Below are positions 29,549 to 40,184 of a DNA stretch of 64,000 bases, in pieces. Origin of the DNA: Deltaproteobacteria bacterium (GTDB lineage: Bacteria; Desulfobacterota_D; UBA1144; Nemesobacterales; CSP1-2); NCBI GenBank assembly GCA_052390235.1, contig JBQTHB010000003.1, positions 32,001-96,000 on the forward strand, read 5' to 3'. The position numbers and the translations under genes were made by a program. The stretch's first letter is position 1. Every line of letters begins with the position of its first letter. The notes under the pieces are model-generated. The model saw nothing but the letters and a program-made list of their open reading frames with translations. It did not search any database and was not told where the DNA came from.

Positions 29549-31000
29549 ATGAAGCTCTTACATTCGCTACTCCTCGCGCTAATCCTCCTAATCATCTGCG
29601 GCACAGCGGCTTTTCCTCAGGATTTCTATGAATTAATCCCCGAAGAGGCGCGGGCAAACGGCACGCTCGGCATCTTTGTTAGCTCCATCTCGCGGGATAA
29701 AGAGATATTCGAGTTCAACGCCGACAAGCTATTCATCCCTGCCTCGAACCAAAAAGTCATCACATCAGTCGCCGCCCTTTCCATTCTCAGCTCGAATTAC
29801 AGGTTTAGAACCGAATTCTACTCAGGGGGCGAGATTACCGGAGGCGTCCTCTTCGGCGGCTTATACATCAAGGGCTACGGAGACCCGACGCTCACCACTG
29901 ACTCCCTCACCGACATCGCCTATCACTTCAAGAAACTGGGAATCCGCGAAATCAGAGGCGGCATCACCGTTGACGACTCCTATTTTGGGAAGAGTTACTA
30001 CGCAAGCGGATGGAAAGAGTCTTGGAGGGGGGACGCCTTCTGCCCTCCGATAAGCGCGGTATCTCTCAATCACAACATTTATCACATAACCGTCTCCCCT
30101 TCAAAACCCGGCAGACCCGCAAGATTGGAGCTTGAGCCGAGCGGCGCAAACGTGAACGTAATCAATAAAACCACAACAGGCAAAAAAGGCGGAAAACTCA
30201 CGGCAAAACGCCTTGAGGACGGGCGAACAGTCATAGTTCAAGGGGCGATTCTAGCCAAATCCGCGCCTTACAAAATCGAGATTCCCGTCGGCAATCCCAA
30301 TTCCTACATGGCAAGCGTTCTCAAAAAGACGCTTGAGACAAACGGCGTCATAGTGCGCGGGTTCATCACGACCGGGAAAGTTCCAGCGGGCAAAAAGGGC
30401 GCGTCCAATCAGGGATTCATCACCACGGGCGAAGTCCCCAAGTGGGCGGCTCTCGTTCACACGCACTACTCCGTCCCGCTTGGCGTAATCATCACCGAAT
30501 ACAACAAAAACAGCGTAAATATCATAGGCGAGAACATCATTAAGACCCTCGGCGCCGAGAGATCAGGCTCTGCCGGCACATGGGAAAACGGGGCGGCTGT
30601 CGTGGAAGATTTTCTCGTGAAAAAAGTAGGCATCTCCGAAGGGTTCATCGTCGCCGATGGCTCAGGGCTATCCCCGTTCAATCAGGCATCGCCGAGAATC
30701 ATGGCTCAAGTGCTGACCTACGCATATAAAAATATCGGGCTTGAGTTCCTAAGCTCTCTACCAATAGCGGGCGTTGACGGCACTCTCAAAAAGAGATTTA
30801 AAAGCTCCGAGGTGGAAGGGCGCGTGCTTGCCAAAACCGGTTATCTGAGCAACGTGAGGGCGCTATCGGGCTATGTGTTCGCCAAAAACGGCGATGTTTT
30901 CGCGTTCTCGATACTCGCAAACGGCTTAGGGGCGAGGACTAAGGATTTCCAAGAGGAGTTCCTCACGAGGCTAATTGAGTGCTGCGATGGGAATAATTAG
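29549..31000 (+). CDS. dacB: D-alanyl-D-alanine carboxypeptidase/endopeptidase (PBP4, peptidase S13)
   Basis: PASNQK (SxxK), GYGDPTL, SVN (SxN), DGSGLS, LPIAGVDGTL, KTG. Confidence 0.93.
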   Translation: MKLLHSLLLALILLIICGTAAFPQDFYELIPEEARANGTLGIFVSSISRDKEIFEFNADKLFIPASNQKVITSVAALSILSSNYRFRTEFYSGGEITGGVLFGGLYIKGYGDPTLTTDSLTDIAYHFKKLGIREIRGGITVDDSYFGKSYYASGWKESWRGDAFCPPISAVSLNHNIYHITVSPSKPGRPARLELEPSGANVNVINKTTTGKKGGKLTAKRLEDGRTVIVQGAILAKSAPYKIEIPVGNPNSYMASVLKKTLETNGVIVRGFITTGKVPAGKKGASNQGFITTGEVPKWAALVHTHYSVPLGVIITEYNKNSVNIIGENIIKTLGAERSGSAGTWENGAAVVEDFLVKKVGISEGFIVADGSGLSPFNQASPRIMAQVLTYAYKNIGLEFLSSLPIAGVDGTLKKRFKSSEVEGRVLAKTGYLSNVRALSGYVFAKNGDVFAFSILANGLGARTKDFQEEFLTRLIECCDGNN

Positions 31001-31095
31001 AAGGCGGCGGGGGATTTTTTAGGCTCAGCGCTAGAGGAAATATCCCTGATAAATGGGGGAGTTCTCCTTGCGTATGGAGAGAGGCGAATTAGAAA

Positions 31096-31226
31096 TCTTA
31101 TTTAGATTTCCCGCTACACTCGAAATGACAGGGAGCGAGAGAGTGGCGGAATAACGGGGGACGAAGGGGCAAAAATGGCAAAAAGTTGCGATTACAAATA
31201 ATTTTGAACGCCTCACTTCTGTCATT
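31096..31226 (-). repeat. Composite TGTC-tagged REP/MITE-like element, copy A
   Basis: Three blocks in the same order as 40185-40288, in inverted orientation. Includes a 17/17 bp match (GCCTCACTTCTGTCATT) and a 17/19 bp match. Confidence 0.7.
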
Positions 31227-31365
31227 CCGAACGCACAGAGGAACCCGATTCAAGATTTCTTGGCAATTTTCCACCGAGCGAAGCGGAACATCTCGATTTA
31301 AATTCATGTTAATACAAGATTCTAATCCAGGTAATTAACTTTTCATTATGCGTTAATTCGTGGTT

Positions 31366-32223
31366 TCAAACGGCGCGTGTTTTCAGTTCCAATTTCCAAA
31401 ACTCCTCGGCGAGCCTGCCAAACTCCTCAATCGAAAGCGTCTCGGCGCGCCTTCGCCCGTCAATCGCGGCGAGTTTCAATATCTCCTCCGCCTCGCTCTT
31501 GGGAATCGCCGACGATAGGGAATTTACCAGCATCTTGCGCCTTGCCGAGAACGACGCCCTCACCACTGCTCTAAAGGATTTCTCATCGGCAATGCGAATT
31601 CTCGAAGTAGCCAGAGGGGCAAACCTCAGCACAACCGAATGCACTTTCGGGCGGGGCCAAAAAGCCTCAGGCGGAACGGCAAGCCTCAGCGCAACATCCA
31701 TAAATGCCTGCACGAGAACCGAAATCGAGCCGTAGTCCCTGCCCCCAGGGGGCGCGGCAAGCCTCTGTCCGACCTCTCTTTGCACCATTAGCACGAGCGA
31801 CGAGAACATATCCCGCTCCTCAAGGAGTTTCATCAATATCGGAGTGGAGACGCTATACGGCAGGTTCGAGACGACTTTCATTCGCCCGCCCTGATGTACA
31901 TCGCGAAAATTCACCAAAAGCGCGTCCGCCACAACGATTCTCACGTTGCCCATTTGGGATGTCGCCTCCGTCAAACGCTCGATGAGCCGGGTGTCCTTCT
32001 CAATTGCCACGACCGATTTTGCCCTCTCGGCGAGGAAAATTGTAAGCGCTCCGAGACCCGCCCCGATTTCAAGCACGTCGTCATCTTTAGTGAGTTCGGC
32101 AATCTGGCCGATACGCTCAAGCGCCCCTCGGTCTCGGAGGAAATTCTGCCCGAAGCTCTTTTTTGGGCGCGAGTTATCGGCGAGGAAGAATTTTTTAGGC
32201 GACGGGGCATCGTTTTTCGGCAT
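31366..32223 (-). CDS. rsmA: 16S rRNA (adenine-N6,N6)-dimethyltransferase
   Basis: KKSFGQNFL, LEIGAGLG, SNLPYSVSTP, MVQREV, F.PRPKV.S, RRAETLSIEEF. Confidence 0.95.
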   Translation of the reverse strand: MPKNDAPSPKKFFLADNSRPKKSFGQNFLRDRGALERIGQIAELTKDDDVLEIGAGLGALTIFLAERAKSVVAIEKDTRLIERLTEATSQMGNVRIVVADALLVNFRDVHQGGRMKVVSNLPYSVSTPILMKLLEERDMFSSLVLMVQREVGQRLAAPPGGRDYGSISVLVQAFMDVALRLAVPPEAFWPRPKVHSVVLRFAPLATSRIRIADEKSFRAVVRASFSARRKMLVNSLSSAIPKSEAEEILKLAAIDGRRRAETLSIEEFGRLAEEFWKLELKTRAV

Positions 32224-32383
32224 AGTTTGATTCTCAGATTTAAGATATTAACATAACGCGGATAGCCGTGATTGGCGTGAGAACGTGAATCCATGAGCCG
32301 GGGGCGAGCCTACCCTGAAAAGATGCCCGGCAAGAGCAGGGGAGCAAAACCCCGGGGAAAAGCGGCAGAGGGGCCTCTGCCCG

Positions 32384-33967
32384 CTAATTCATCAGCAAAA
32401 CCCCAAGAGCCGCCCTTTGCTCCTCTTCTGCCTGCGCAAGTCCCAGTTGCCCGTAAATCGAGGCGAGCGCTAGGCGAATCTCCGGGTCAAAGGGGTTTAT
32501 CGCCTCCGCCTCTTCAAAAGCGGCGCGCGCCCTGCCCAGCAGTTTTTGGCGGATATAGATTTCACCGAGATTTTTATACGTTTCCACATATTCGGGATAG
32601 AATTCCGTGAGGCGGGCGAGTCTCTTAAGGGCGGCGTCAAATTCTCCCACCCCGCTCTCAGCCGATGCGAGCCGGTTCACAATTACGGGCGACAGGGGGT
32701 CGAGGCGCGACGCTTTTTCATACTCATAGGCGGCGGCTTTGAGCCTTCCCCTTGCGCGCAACAAATCCCCCAATCTCGCGTGGTCTCTCGCGCGGGAGTC
32801 GCCAAGGGGGGCGAGGCTCTCTCCATCACTCTTTTTGGGGGTATTTTTGCCCTCTTCGATTTCGAGTTCCGAAACCCTGAGGTTTGGTATCCGCTCCTTT
32901 AAATTTCTCGATTTCAAATCCGCCGTCCACAGGGCGTAGAATCGCTGGAAATCCACGCCAGCAACCTTTTTAAACGCGGCTTTATAATCGCCCTGAGTCT
33001 TAAGGGCTTCGAGAAGGGCGGGAGTAGCCGCGCTTCCCCATCTGTTTACGAGAAATTCAATCATCCCCCCCACCTGCGCAAAGGCAAGTTGAGCCTGCTC
33101 GGTGCTGTCCAATTTGCCCAAAGAGGGGTGCATTTTCTCTATCGGCACTAACGCGCGGGCCTCAATAGCTCTGGCTAGCAGGGTCTCGTAAAAAGGGTTT
33201 ATTACGCTCCCCTCGCTCCGCCGCCAGCGTTTTTCATAGTATTTTGCAAGCCCCTCGTGAAGCCAGACCGGAACGGAATTGCCCGCTTTATGAAACACCG
33301 CGTAGTGTACGTACTCGTGGGCGAGAGTGTCCTGCCACCTGTAGCCCGCAGGAAGAAGCCTCGGCGAGAGTATCATTATCCGGTTGAATTTGCAGATGCC
33401 CACAACGCCCGTCGTGCGGATGTCTCTATCCGACAGGGTCGAGGCGGCGGTAAAGCTCTCTTTATCCGGGTATATCTCGACGGCAACCTCGCCCTCTGGA
33501 TACACCCCCAAATCCTCGCCTATCTGGGCGTAAGCCCTGTGTAGGGTGTCAGCGGCGGCGGCAACGAGAATTTTATCCTTAGGGTGGATATAGCGAACCA
33601 GAAAACGCCCGGACTTGACCCCCTTAAATTTCTCCGCGCTCCTAGAGACATTCAGAATAAAATCCACATAGGCGAGATAGTCCTCATCGTCAGTAGCGGA
33701 CGGGCGGGCTTTCTGGGCGAATTCTGCGGCGGAGCGGTAATCGCCCCTGTGAAACTCGATTTGAGATTTCAGAAAATAGGCGTACCCCTGCTCAGCGGGA
33801 TTTGCGGCAGCGCTCAGGGCCTGGTCTGCAAGAATGGACGCCGCGTTTATCTGCCAATTGTCGAGGCTCTCGGAGGCGGATTTAAGCGCAGTCCCGAATT
33901 GCGACGCAGAGGCTTCGGCGGCAACGAGGGCGAGAAAGCACAGAATCATAAGCCGCCGCCTCATCAT
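32384..33967 (-). CDS. Secreted TPR-containing peptidase MA-like (HExxH) protein
   Basis: Signal peptide, LAHEYVH...VPVWLHEGLAKY gluzincin motif, C-terminal TPR repeats. Confidence 0.8.
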   Translation of the reverse strand: MMRRRLMILCFLALVAAEASASQFGTALKSASESLDNWQINAASILADQALSAAANPAEQGYAYFLKSQIEFHRGDYRSAAEFAQKARPSATDDEDYLAYVDFILNVSRSAEKFKGVKSGRFLVRYIHPKDKILVAAAADTLHRAYAQIGEDLGVYPEGEVAVEIYPDKESFTAASTLSDRDIRTTGVVGICKFNRIMILSPRLLPAGYRWQDTLAHEYVHYAVFHKAGNSVPVWLHEGLAKYYEKRWRRSEGSVINPFYETLLARAIEARALVPIEKMHPSLGKLDSTEQAQLAFAQVGGMIEFLVNRWGSAATPALLEALKTQGDYKAAFKKVAGVDFQRFYALWTADLKSRNLKERIPNLRVSELEIEEGKNTPKKSDGESLAPLGDSRARDHARLGDLLRARGRLKAAAYEYEKASRLDPLSPVIVNRLASAESGVGEFDAALKRLARLTEFYPEYVETYKNLGEIYIRQKLLGRARAAFEEAEAINPFDPEIRLALASIYGQLGLAQAEEEQRAALGVLLMN

Positions 33968-36891
33968 TTCGCTATCCTCTCGTAGTACTTGCGGTTTAGC
34001 TCCCCGTAGCCTTCGGGCGAGCCCTCTTTGAGGGATTTGAGCACGGTTTCTTTGAATTTCTTGGCGAATTCCGACTCCCCGCCCGATGGGATTTCGACAA
34101 AGCCCGTATCAATACCCCCGCCTTCGCCTTGGGACTGCCTCCTTCCGAGCGCGCGCGGCACAGAATACGGTCTCCCGCTTGCGCTGAGCGCGAACTGGCG
34201 CATCAGTTCATTGGCCTGGTATTCGGCTTGCCTGAGGGATTCGATAGCCTCGCTCTGATTAGATATGGATTTCGATATTTCCCCGCTCCCTAGGTTCTCG
34301 CCCGCCCCTCTCATAAAGCCGATGGACTCTTCGAGCTTTGCCTGAATCTCGGAGGATGATACCTCGTCCCCCTCGGAGAGTTCCGACGCCCTGCCCCGGA
34401 TGTCATCCTGCTTCTTTGAGATGCGCCTCGCCTCGCCCGCTCCCGCGCCCGAAGCCTTTGCCTCCTCCAAACCGCGGCGGATGTCTCTGGCAAGGGCGGC
34501 GGCGGAGCGAATCCCTCTGGAATCGGATTTGTCTATATCCCTCAGGAGGGCGGACTGCTCCTGAATCTCCTTGGCGCGTTTTATTGCCTCGTCCAGTTCA
34601 TGGGCGCGAAGCCATTTTTCAAGCTCCGCGACATCGCCGAGGAGCCTGTCTATGAGAAAAGAGGTCTGCACCGACCCGCTCCCCAGGGCGTCTGCCGAGG
34701 CATCGGCGAGATTTTTTCTCAACTTCTCCACCTTTTTAGCCTCGCGGGCGGCGAAATCCGAGGGGGAATTTTTGCCGGCTGACTTTAGAATTGACTCCTT
34801 CAGCCGCTCGGTTTCCCCTTTGAGAGCCTCCTGAGAGGTTCTTAAAGAGCTGACCTTTGACATTAACCCGCCGAGATTCTCCATATCCCCTGCCAGCGAC
34901 GAGGACGCAAGCGCTCCCATCCCGCCCTCAAGCGACGCTATCATGGACTCAATACCGCTCCCCAGCTTCGAGAGCCGCGCGAGGGCTTCGTCAATCCTGC
35001 CCTCCTCGACGAGCTTCATTATCTCGCTCAAATCACCCGCCATATCTATCGCCTCAAATGCGTCCGCGTTTAAAAAGCCCTCGGCAATGTCCGAATTAAG
35101 GGAGTTCAGACCCTCGGCAAGGCGAGCCATGAGATTTTGAAGTTCTTTGATTTTATTTGCTATTTCCCGCTTCGCCTCTTCGCTCGCCCCATTTTTAAGC
35201 CTAGATAAGAGGTCGGAAAGCTCCCTGTATTTCCCCGCGGCCTCTCTAGCCCTAAGGGCGGAGTCGCGGATTTTATCCCCCTGAATCATGGAGTCGAGAA
35301 GCAGGGCGTACTGCTCAAATTCGGCCTCTTCCTGCGACAAAAGGGCGGCGAGGCTCGGAGCGTCCTGCGAGGAGGATGCCGCGTCCAATCGTCGGCGCAG
35401 AATCTGCGAAATCCTAGAATCCATGTTCGAGAGCGCGGTAAAATAGGCGTAGTCCGAAAGCTCGTCTTCACGCATCAGCCCAAGCGCAGCGGCGAGGGCG
35501 TCCTCAATTTGGCGAATCTCGGCGACGCGCCTCTGTGCGGCGGCATTTAGCGAGGCGGCATCCTGATTTTCGCGGGGGCGCTCATCAATGTTTCCGGCGA
35601 GGGCGGCGATAATCCTATCGAGAAGCTCGCGGGCGGCGGCGGATGAGCGGCTGTGTTTTTCCTGAGGGCTGGCGATGCGGATTTTCATCCAATCGGACGC
35701 GCCCATTTTTGGCCCTGAAACGGCGTCGTTGTCGTAGGCAACTACCCTCACTTCGATTATTCCGTCGGCGGAAGGCTCGACTCCAGAGACGCCCCACCTG
35801 AAACTACCTTCCACAAGCGCGCTATCTTTTTGGCTTTGATGAATGGTTTTCTCCAATTTCTCAGAGCCGCCGCTTTTAGATTCCAAAGCCAGTTTCGACA
35901 CTCCGAAATCGTCTTTCACCTCATAGAATATGTTGACAGCGTCATCAACGCCGATGTCGAGAGTCTCGCCTTCGGGAACTTGGGCGGACACCTCAGGGGG
36001 GGAATCCGCGAGCGCGTTTATCAGAAAATCCCTCGATTTGCGCCTGCCACCCTCGGATTCAATATAAAAAAACCCGTCCGCCGTTACGGTGAACTCGGCC
36101 TCGACCTCGCCCCCGCTCTGCTTTACCGGAAGAGAAACGCCGCCGATGCTGAGCCTCGCCCCAGCGCCGATGTCCCCGACGGGACGCGCCCTGAAAATTA
36201 CGCGCGCCCCCTTGAGAGCTTCCACATCGCCTGAGGATGATTCGATTTTGCGGGCGGGGAGGCTGGCATACGAGGGGTAGCTATATCCGAGCGCAATGTC
36301 GGCAAGCAGGAGCGCTGCGGGCTGAGCCGGAGGCAGGAAATTGAGACTCAGAGCGAAGCGTTGGAATTCGGCAGGGGAAATCAAAAAAGCGCCCATGGAT
36401 AAAACCGAGGCGATGGCGAGCGGTTTTAGATACGTCCCGGGGGGCTGCGCGCCGACGGCTGGGGATAAATCGAGCCGGGAGAGCCTTTGGTTTACATCCG
36501 CGACGTGCGCCTCGATGAGGGGCTTTGATGCGCCAATACTAACCCTATTTGAGAGGTCATCCCTCAGAAGAAGGGCGTTTAGAGCGTCTTGTCCGAGGGC
36601 GGGATGAATTCTACTGAGCGTAAGCGCGGCGTCCGCAAGCGTCTCTCTCCGTGTAAGCGCGGGGAGGAGAAACCTCGCAAAGGCAAACGCCGATGCTACC
36701 GCGAGAGAGATTTTTATTGCGGCGTAGTAGAAGCCATTGTCTGAAGCGAGGGCAAGAGCAGAGGCAATGGTGAAAGCGGCGAAAAGCGCCGTAAAAAACC
36801 GCGCCCCTCCCCTCTGCAGGACAAACCCCCTGCGCTCCTTAATTAATCGCTCAAGCGCCCCGGAGAGGGCGTCTCCTTCGGAATGGCTCAT
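33964..36891 (-). CDS. DUF4175-like membrane-anchored coiled-coil protein
   Basis: N-terminal TM helices, YPSY..LP, D.PP.V, DDFGVS, AYDND.VSGPK, long helical region, [13 protein letters not shown] terminus. Confidence 0.7.
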   Translation of the reverse strand: MSHSEGDALSGALERLIKERRGFVLQRGGARFFTALFAAFTIASALALASDNGFYYAAIKISLAVASAFAFARFLLPALTRRETLADAALTLSRIHPALGQDALNALLLRDDLSNRVSIGASKPLIEAHVADVNQRLSRLDLSPAVGAQPPGTYLKPLAIASVLSMGAFLISPAEFQRFALSLNFLPPAQPAALLLADIALGYSYPSYASLPARKIESSSGDVEALKGARVIFRARPVGDIGAGARLSIGGVSLPVKQSGGEVEAEFTVTADGFFYIESEGGRRKSRDFLINALADSPPEVSAQVPEGETLDIGVDDAVNIFYEVKDDFGVSKLALESKSGGSEKLEKTIHQSQKDSALVEGSFRWGVSGVEPSADGIIEVRVVAYDNDAVSGPKMGASDWMKIRIASPQEKHSRSSAAARELLDRIIAALAGNIDERPRENQDAASLNAAAQRRVAEIRQIEDALAAALGLMREDELSDYAYFTALSNMDSRISQILRRRLDAASSSQDAPSLAALLSQEEAEFEQYALLLDSMIQGDKIRDSALRAREAAGKYRELSDLLSRLKNGASEEAKREIANKIKELQNLMARLAEGLNSLNSDIAEGFLNADAFEAIDMAGDLSEIMKLVEEGRIDEALARLSKLGSGIESMIASLEGGMGALASSSLAGDMENLGGLMSKVSSLRTSQEALKGETERLKESILKSAGKNSPSDFAAREAKKVEKLRKNLADASADALGSGSVQTSFLIDRLLGDVAELEKWLRAHELDEAIKRAKEIQEQSALLRDIDKSDSRGIRSAAALARDIRRGLEEAKASGAGAGEARRISKKQDDIRGRASELSEGDEVSSSEIQAKLEESIGFMRGAGENLGSGEISKSISNQSEAIESLRQAEYQANELMRQFALSASGRPYSVPRALGRRQSQGEGGGIDTGFVEIPSGGESEFAKKFKETVLKSLKEGSPEGYGELNRKYYERIAK

Positions 36892-37047
36892 AAATTAAAT
36901 TTACCGCAGAGGCGGCGAAAAAGAAATTACAATAGCCTCTGGAGCGCAGATATGTCCATAGGAATTTTGACCAAGCCGAGGCTCTCAATTAAATTATTAT
37001 CCCCAGGGGTTTTCGATAATTTCGTGATTCGAGGAGATTATAAATCT

Positions 37048-37629
37048 ATGAGTGAGATTCTGGACAAAGTGCTTAGGGCGAACGCCGAATACGCCGCCGG
37101 GTTGAAACGGAAGAAAGGCTCAGCGCATCAGGGATACAGATTTGCCGTGCTTACCTGCATGGACGCGCGCCTCGACCCCGTGAAATTTGCGGGGCTTGCC
37201 GAGGGCGAGGCTTACGTCATTAGAAACGCGGGGGGAAGAGCGAGCGACGATGCTATAAGGTCTCTGGTCATATCGTATAAGCTCCTAGGCACGATAGAGT
37301 GGTTCGTCATTCACCACACCGGATGCGGAATGCAAATGTTTAGCAACGACATCATGGCAGGGCTTTTGGCGAGCAGTCTCAAACCCGCAATTCGAGAGGG
37401 TCATAGCTGGAGGGATTCCGGCGAGGGCGAGGGGTCGGACTACGGCGGGAGAATTGACTGGATGACGTTTACGGACAACGAGAGGAGCGTAACCGATGAC
37501 GTGCTCAGAATCAGGAATCACCCGCTAGTGCCGGGCTACATCCCGATTTATGGATTTATCTACGACACGGAAACGGGAGCGCTCAGAGAAGTACCCGAAG
37601 CGATGCAGGCTGGGAGAATCCGCGAGTAA
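37048..37629 (+). CDS. Beta-class carbonic anhydrase (clade D)
   Basis: [21 protein letters not shown] zinc ligands. GAGGAG RBS. Confidence 0.92.
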   Translation: MSEILDKVLRANAEYAAGLKRKKGSAHQGYRFAVLTCMDARLDPVKFAGLAEGEAYVIRNAGGRASDDAIRSLVISYKLLGTIEWFVIHHTGCGMQMFSNDIMAGLLASSLKPAIREGHSWRDSGEGEGSDYGGRIDWMTFTDNERSVTDDVLRIRNHPLVPGYIPIYGFIYDTETGALREVPEAMQAGRIRE

Positions 37630-37858
37630 ATCCCGCGCATAGCCGAAGGGGAATTTTAACAAATTTTCAAATTCCGGTAACCTTACTCAGGCGGGCGGAT
37701 TTAAAATATGCCGCAGTCGAGAGGCGATTTCTGACGCACATCAGCTACAGCCCCGCGCTCGAGCGGGAAATCATAGATTCCCAATACGCGCCGCCAGCGG
37801 CCGATACGCGCTTGTTGATTTCGGAGGACTCAGGGCGGAAATAGCATAGGAGAGATCC

Positions 37859-38284
37859 ATGTCATATAAGACCCTTCTCACAAAGAGGGTAGATTTTGCG
37901 GCTTCCCACAGGTACTGGAATCCCAAGTGGAGCGACGACGAGAACCAGCGCATATTCGGAAAATGCACAAGCCCCTGGGGACACGGACACAACTACGTCC
38001 TCGAAGTTACCCTCGAAGGCGAGGTTGACCCCGACACCGGCATGATAATCAACCTCTACAATCTAAAACCCATCTTGGGCGACGTGCTTCAGGATTTTGA
38101 CCACAAGTATCTGAACGAAGACAACCCCGATTTTAGAGACTTAATTCCCACGACTGAGAACATTGCTCGCGTCCTCTGGAGGGAGCTAGAAAAACGCCTC
38201 GGCGGGCAGGCGACCTATAGACTCCACAGGATACGGCTCTTTGAGACCCCAGAGCTGTTTGTTGACTACTGGAGCGAGAGATGA
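37859..38284 (+). CDS. 6-pyruvoyl-tetrahydropterin synthase, PTPS-II type (paralogue 1)
   Basis: FAASHR, FGKC-X5-HGHNY, DHKYLN, TTENIA, LFET. Confidence 0.88.
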   Translation: MSYKTLLTKRVDFAASHRYWNPKWSDDENQRIFGKCTSPWGHGHNYVLEVTLEGEVDPDTGMIINLYNLKPILGDVLQDFDHKYLNEDNPDFRDLIPTTENIARVLWRELEKRLGGQATYRLHRIRLFETPELFVDYWSER

Positions 38285-38724
38285 AAGCAGAGCGCTGCGC
38301 CCTAACGAAAATTTATCATTTCTCCGCCGCCCATAGGCTCCACTGCGAAAAATTCTCGGACCACGAGAACCGTTGCATATTCGGCAAATGCAATAACCCC
38401 AAGGGACACGGACACGACTACTACGTCGAGGTGCAGGTTGGAGGGGATATTGACCCCGACTCTGGGATGATAATTAACCTCTGCGAGCTTGACGGCATTA
38501 TGAGCGGGATAATTGAAGAACTCGACCACAAGCGGCTCGACGTTGAAATCCCGTTTTTTCTAGGCGAGCGGGCTTCGGGCGAGAACATCGTAAAATACAT
38601 CTGGCAGAGGCTTGAGCCGCAGTTAAATAGAGGAAAACTCCGATGCCTCAAGCTCTGGGAGACGCCCGACAATTACTTTGAATATTTTGAGGACGGCGCC
38701 GGCTACACATCGGAGGGAATTTAA
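38281..38724 (+). CDS. 6-pyruvoyl-tetrahydropterin synthase, PTPS-II type (paralogue 2)
   Basis: FSAAHRL, FGKCNNPKGHGHDY, LDHKRLD, GENIV, LWETPDN. ATGA overlap with paralogue 1. Confidence 0.88.
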   Translation: MKAERCALTKIYHFSAAHRLHCEKFSDHENRCIFGKCNNPKGHGHDYYVEVQVGGDIDPDSGMIINLCELDGIMSGIIEELDHKRLDVEIPFFLGERASGENIVKYIWQRLEPQLNRGKLRCLKLWETPDNYFEYFEDGAGYTSEGI

Positions 38725-39279
38725 GTGAGCATTGAGAACGCAGTTAAAGAGATACTCTCTCAAATCGGAGAAGACCTAAACCGCGAGGGGCTCCAGAAAA
38801 CCCCCGACAGGGTCGCGCGGATGTACAAGGAGCTCACCGCAGGCTACGGGGCATCGCCTAAGGAGATTGTGAACGGGGCTATCTTCGAGGAGCGGTACGA
38901 CGAGATGGTCATCGTGAGGGATATTGAATTCTATAGCCTCTGCGAGCATCATCTCCTCCCATTCTTCGGCAAATGCCACGTGGCTTACATTCCCAACGGC
39001 AAAATAATAGGTCTCAGTAAAATCCCCCGGATTGTCGAGGTGTTCTCGCGGAGGCTTCAGGTGCAGGAGCGGCTCACCGTGCAAATCGCAGATTTCCTAA
39101 ACGAGGTTCTCAACCCCGAAGGCGTCGGAGTCGTGGCAGAGGCTTATCACCTGTGCATGGCGATGAGAGGGGTGAAAAAAGCCGAGGCGAATATGCTCAC
39201 AAGCTCCATGCGCGGGGCGTTTAAGGACGACGACAGGACGCGCTCGGAATTCCTGAGACTAATAGGGAAGCAGAGATAA
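38725..39279 (+). CDS. folE: GTP cyclohydrolase I (type IA)
   Basis: [49 protein letters not shown]. Confidence 0.96.
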   Translation: MSIENAVKEILSQIGEDLNREGLQKTPDRVARMYKELTAGYGASPKEIVNGAIFEERYDEMVIVRDIEFYSLCEHHLLPFFGKCHVAYIPNGKIIGLSKIPRIVEVFSRRLQVQERLTVQIADFLNEVLNPEGVGVVAEAYHLCMAMRGVKKAEANMLTSSMRGAFKDDDRTRSEFLRLIGKQR

Positions 39280-39980
39280 TGCCCAAGGTCGCCGTTATAA
39301 CCGGAGCGGGAAAGGGAATCGGCAGAGAGGTCGCCATTAATTTCGCCAAAGAGGGCGTAACCGTCGCCATCTGCGCGAGAAATTACGAGAGCGTAAAATC
39401 CCTTGAGCGCGAGATTCGGCAAATGGGAGGCGGCGCGCTCGCCCTCGCCTGCGACGTAGGCGCCGATGCGGACGCCCAGCGGTTCATTGACGAAGCCGCC
39501 TCGATAACAGGCAGAATTGACGTTCTCGTGAACAACGCCGGCATCGCCCGCGTAGGCAGGGTCGGGGATTTCCCCTCCGAGGCGTGGGAGGAGGTAATAA
39601 GGACTAACCTCACGGGGGCGTTTTTCATCACCAAGCGCGCCCTCGGATTCATGAGCCGCGGAAGCCATATTTTCAATCTAGGCTCGAATGCGTCGAAAAT
39701 CGGCTTTCCCAATTGGGCGGCGTACTGCGCTTCAAAGTTCGGAATGCTCGGCTTTACAAATTCCCTCAGAGAAGAGGTCAGAGCCGAGGGCATAAAAGTT
39801 ACGGCGGTGCTTGCGGGCCCCACTGACACCCCTCTTTGGGACGACGTTGCGGGGAATTGGGACAGGGGGCAGATGATGAAGCCACAGGACATCGCCTCGA
39901 TGATAATTTCAGTATGGAAGCAACCCCCAAGCGCCCTGACCGACGAGATAAGCATCCTGCCAGCCGGCGGGTCTCTATAG
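39279..39980 (+). CDS. SDR oxidoreductase, probable bacterial sepiapterin reductase
   Basis: TGAGKGIG, NNAG, YCASKFG, TPLW...MMKPQDIA...QP....EI.I.P. Stop/start overlap (TAATG) with folE. Confidence 0.7.
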   Translation: MPKVAVITGAGKGIGREVAINFAKEGVTVAICARNYESVKSLEREIRQMGGGALALACDVGADADAQRFIDEAASITGRIDVLVNNAGIARVGRVGDFPSEAWEEVIRTNLTGAFFITKRALGFMSRGSHIFNLGSNASKIGFPNWAAYCASKFGMLGFTNSLREEVRAEGIKVTAVLAGPTDTPLWDDVAGNWDRGQMMKPQDIASMIISVWKQPPSALTDEISILPAGGSL

Positions 39981-40103
39981 GATTCAAGAGCGCGGATGCC
40001 CAATCCGGGATTCAGGTAAGCGCGCGGCGATTAGCCTTTTATGATGGGCTTGTCGAGCGGCGCGGCTGTTATGAAAGTTAGGAATCTGGAGCTTGGCTCA
40101 GCT

Positions 40104-40150
40104 CCCTTCGACGTAGTTTATGGTGAGCTTAGTCGAGCTACTCAGGGTGA
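40104..40150. repeat. REP-like element (CCCTTCGAC...CTCAGGGTGA), second copy
   Basis: Same terminal motifs as 13891-13955. Confidence 0.5.
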
Positions 40151-40184
40151 AAAGAGGCGGATTCGCGCTCAGATGACCTGCGGC

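Noticed and set aside
37680..37845. Start-less open frame (LLRRADLKYAAVERRFLTHISY...) that might be a gene remnant
   Set aside because: Too short, and the resemblance to a metallo-beta-lactamase motif is too weak to support.
37859..38724. Annotation as queD (queuosine or 7-deazaguanine DNA modification system)
   Set aside because: Both proteins have C-X5-HGH rather than C-X3-HGH, there is no queC/queE/dpd gene nearby, and the operon ends with a sepiapterin-reductase-like SDR.
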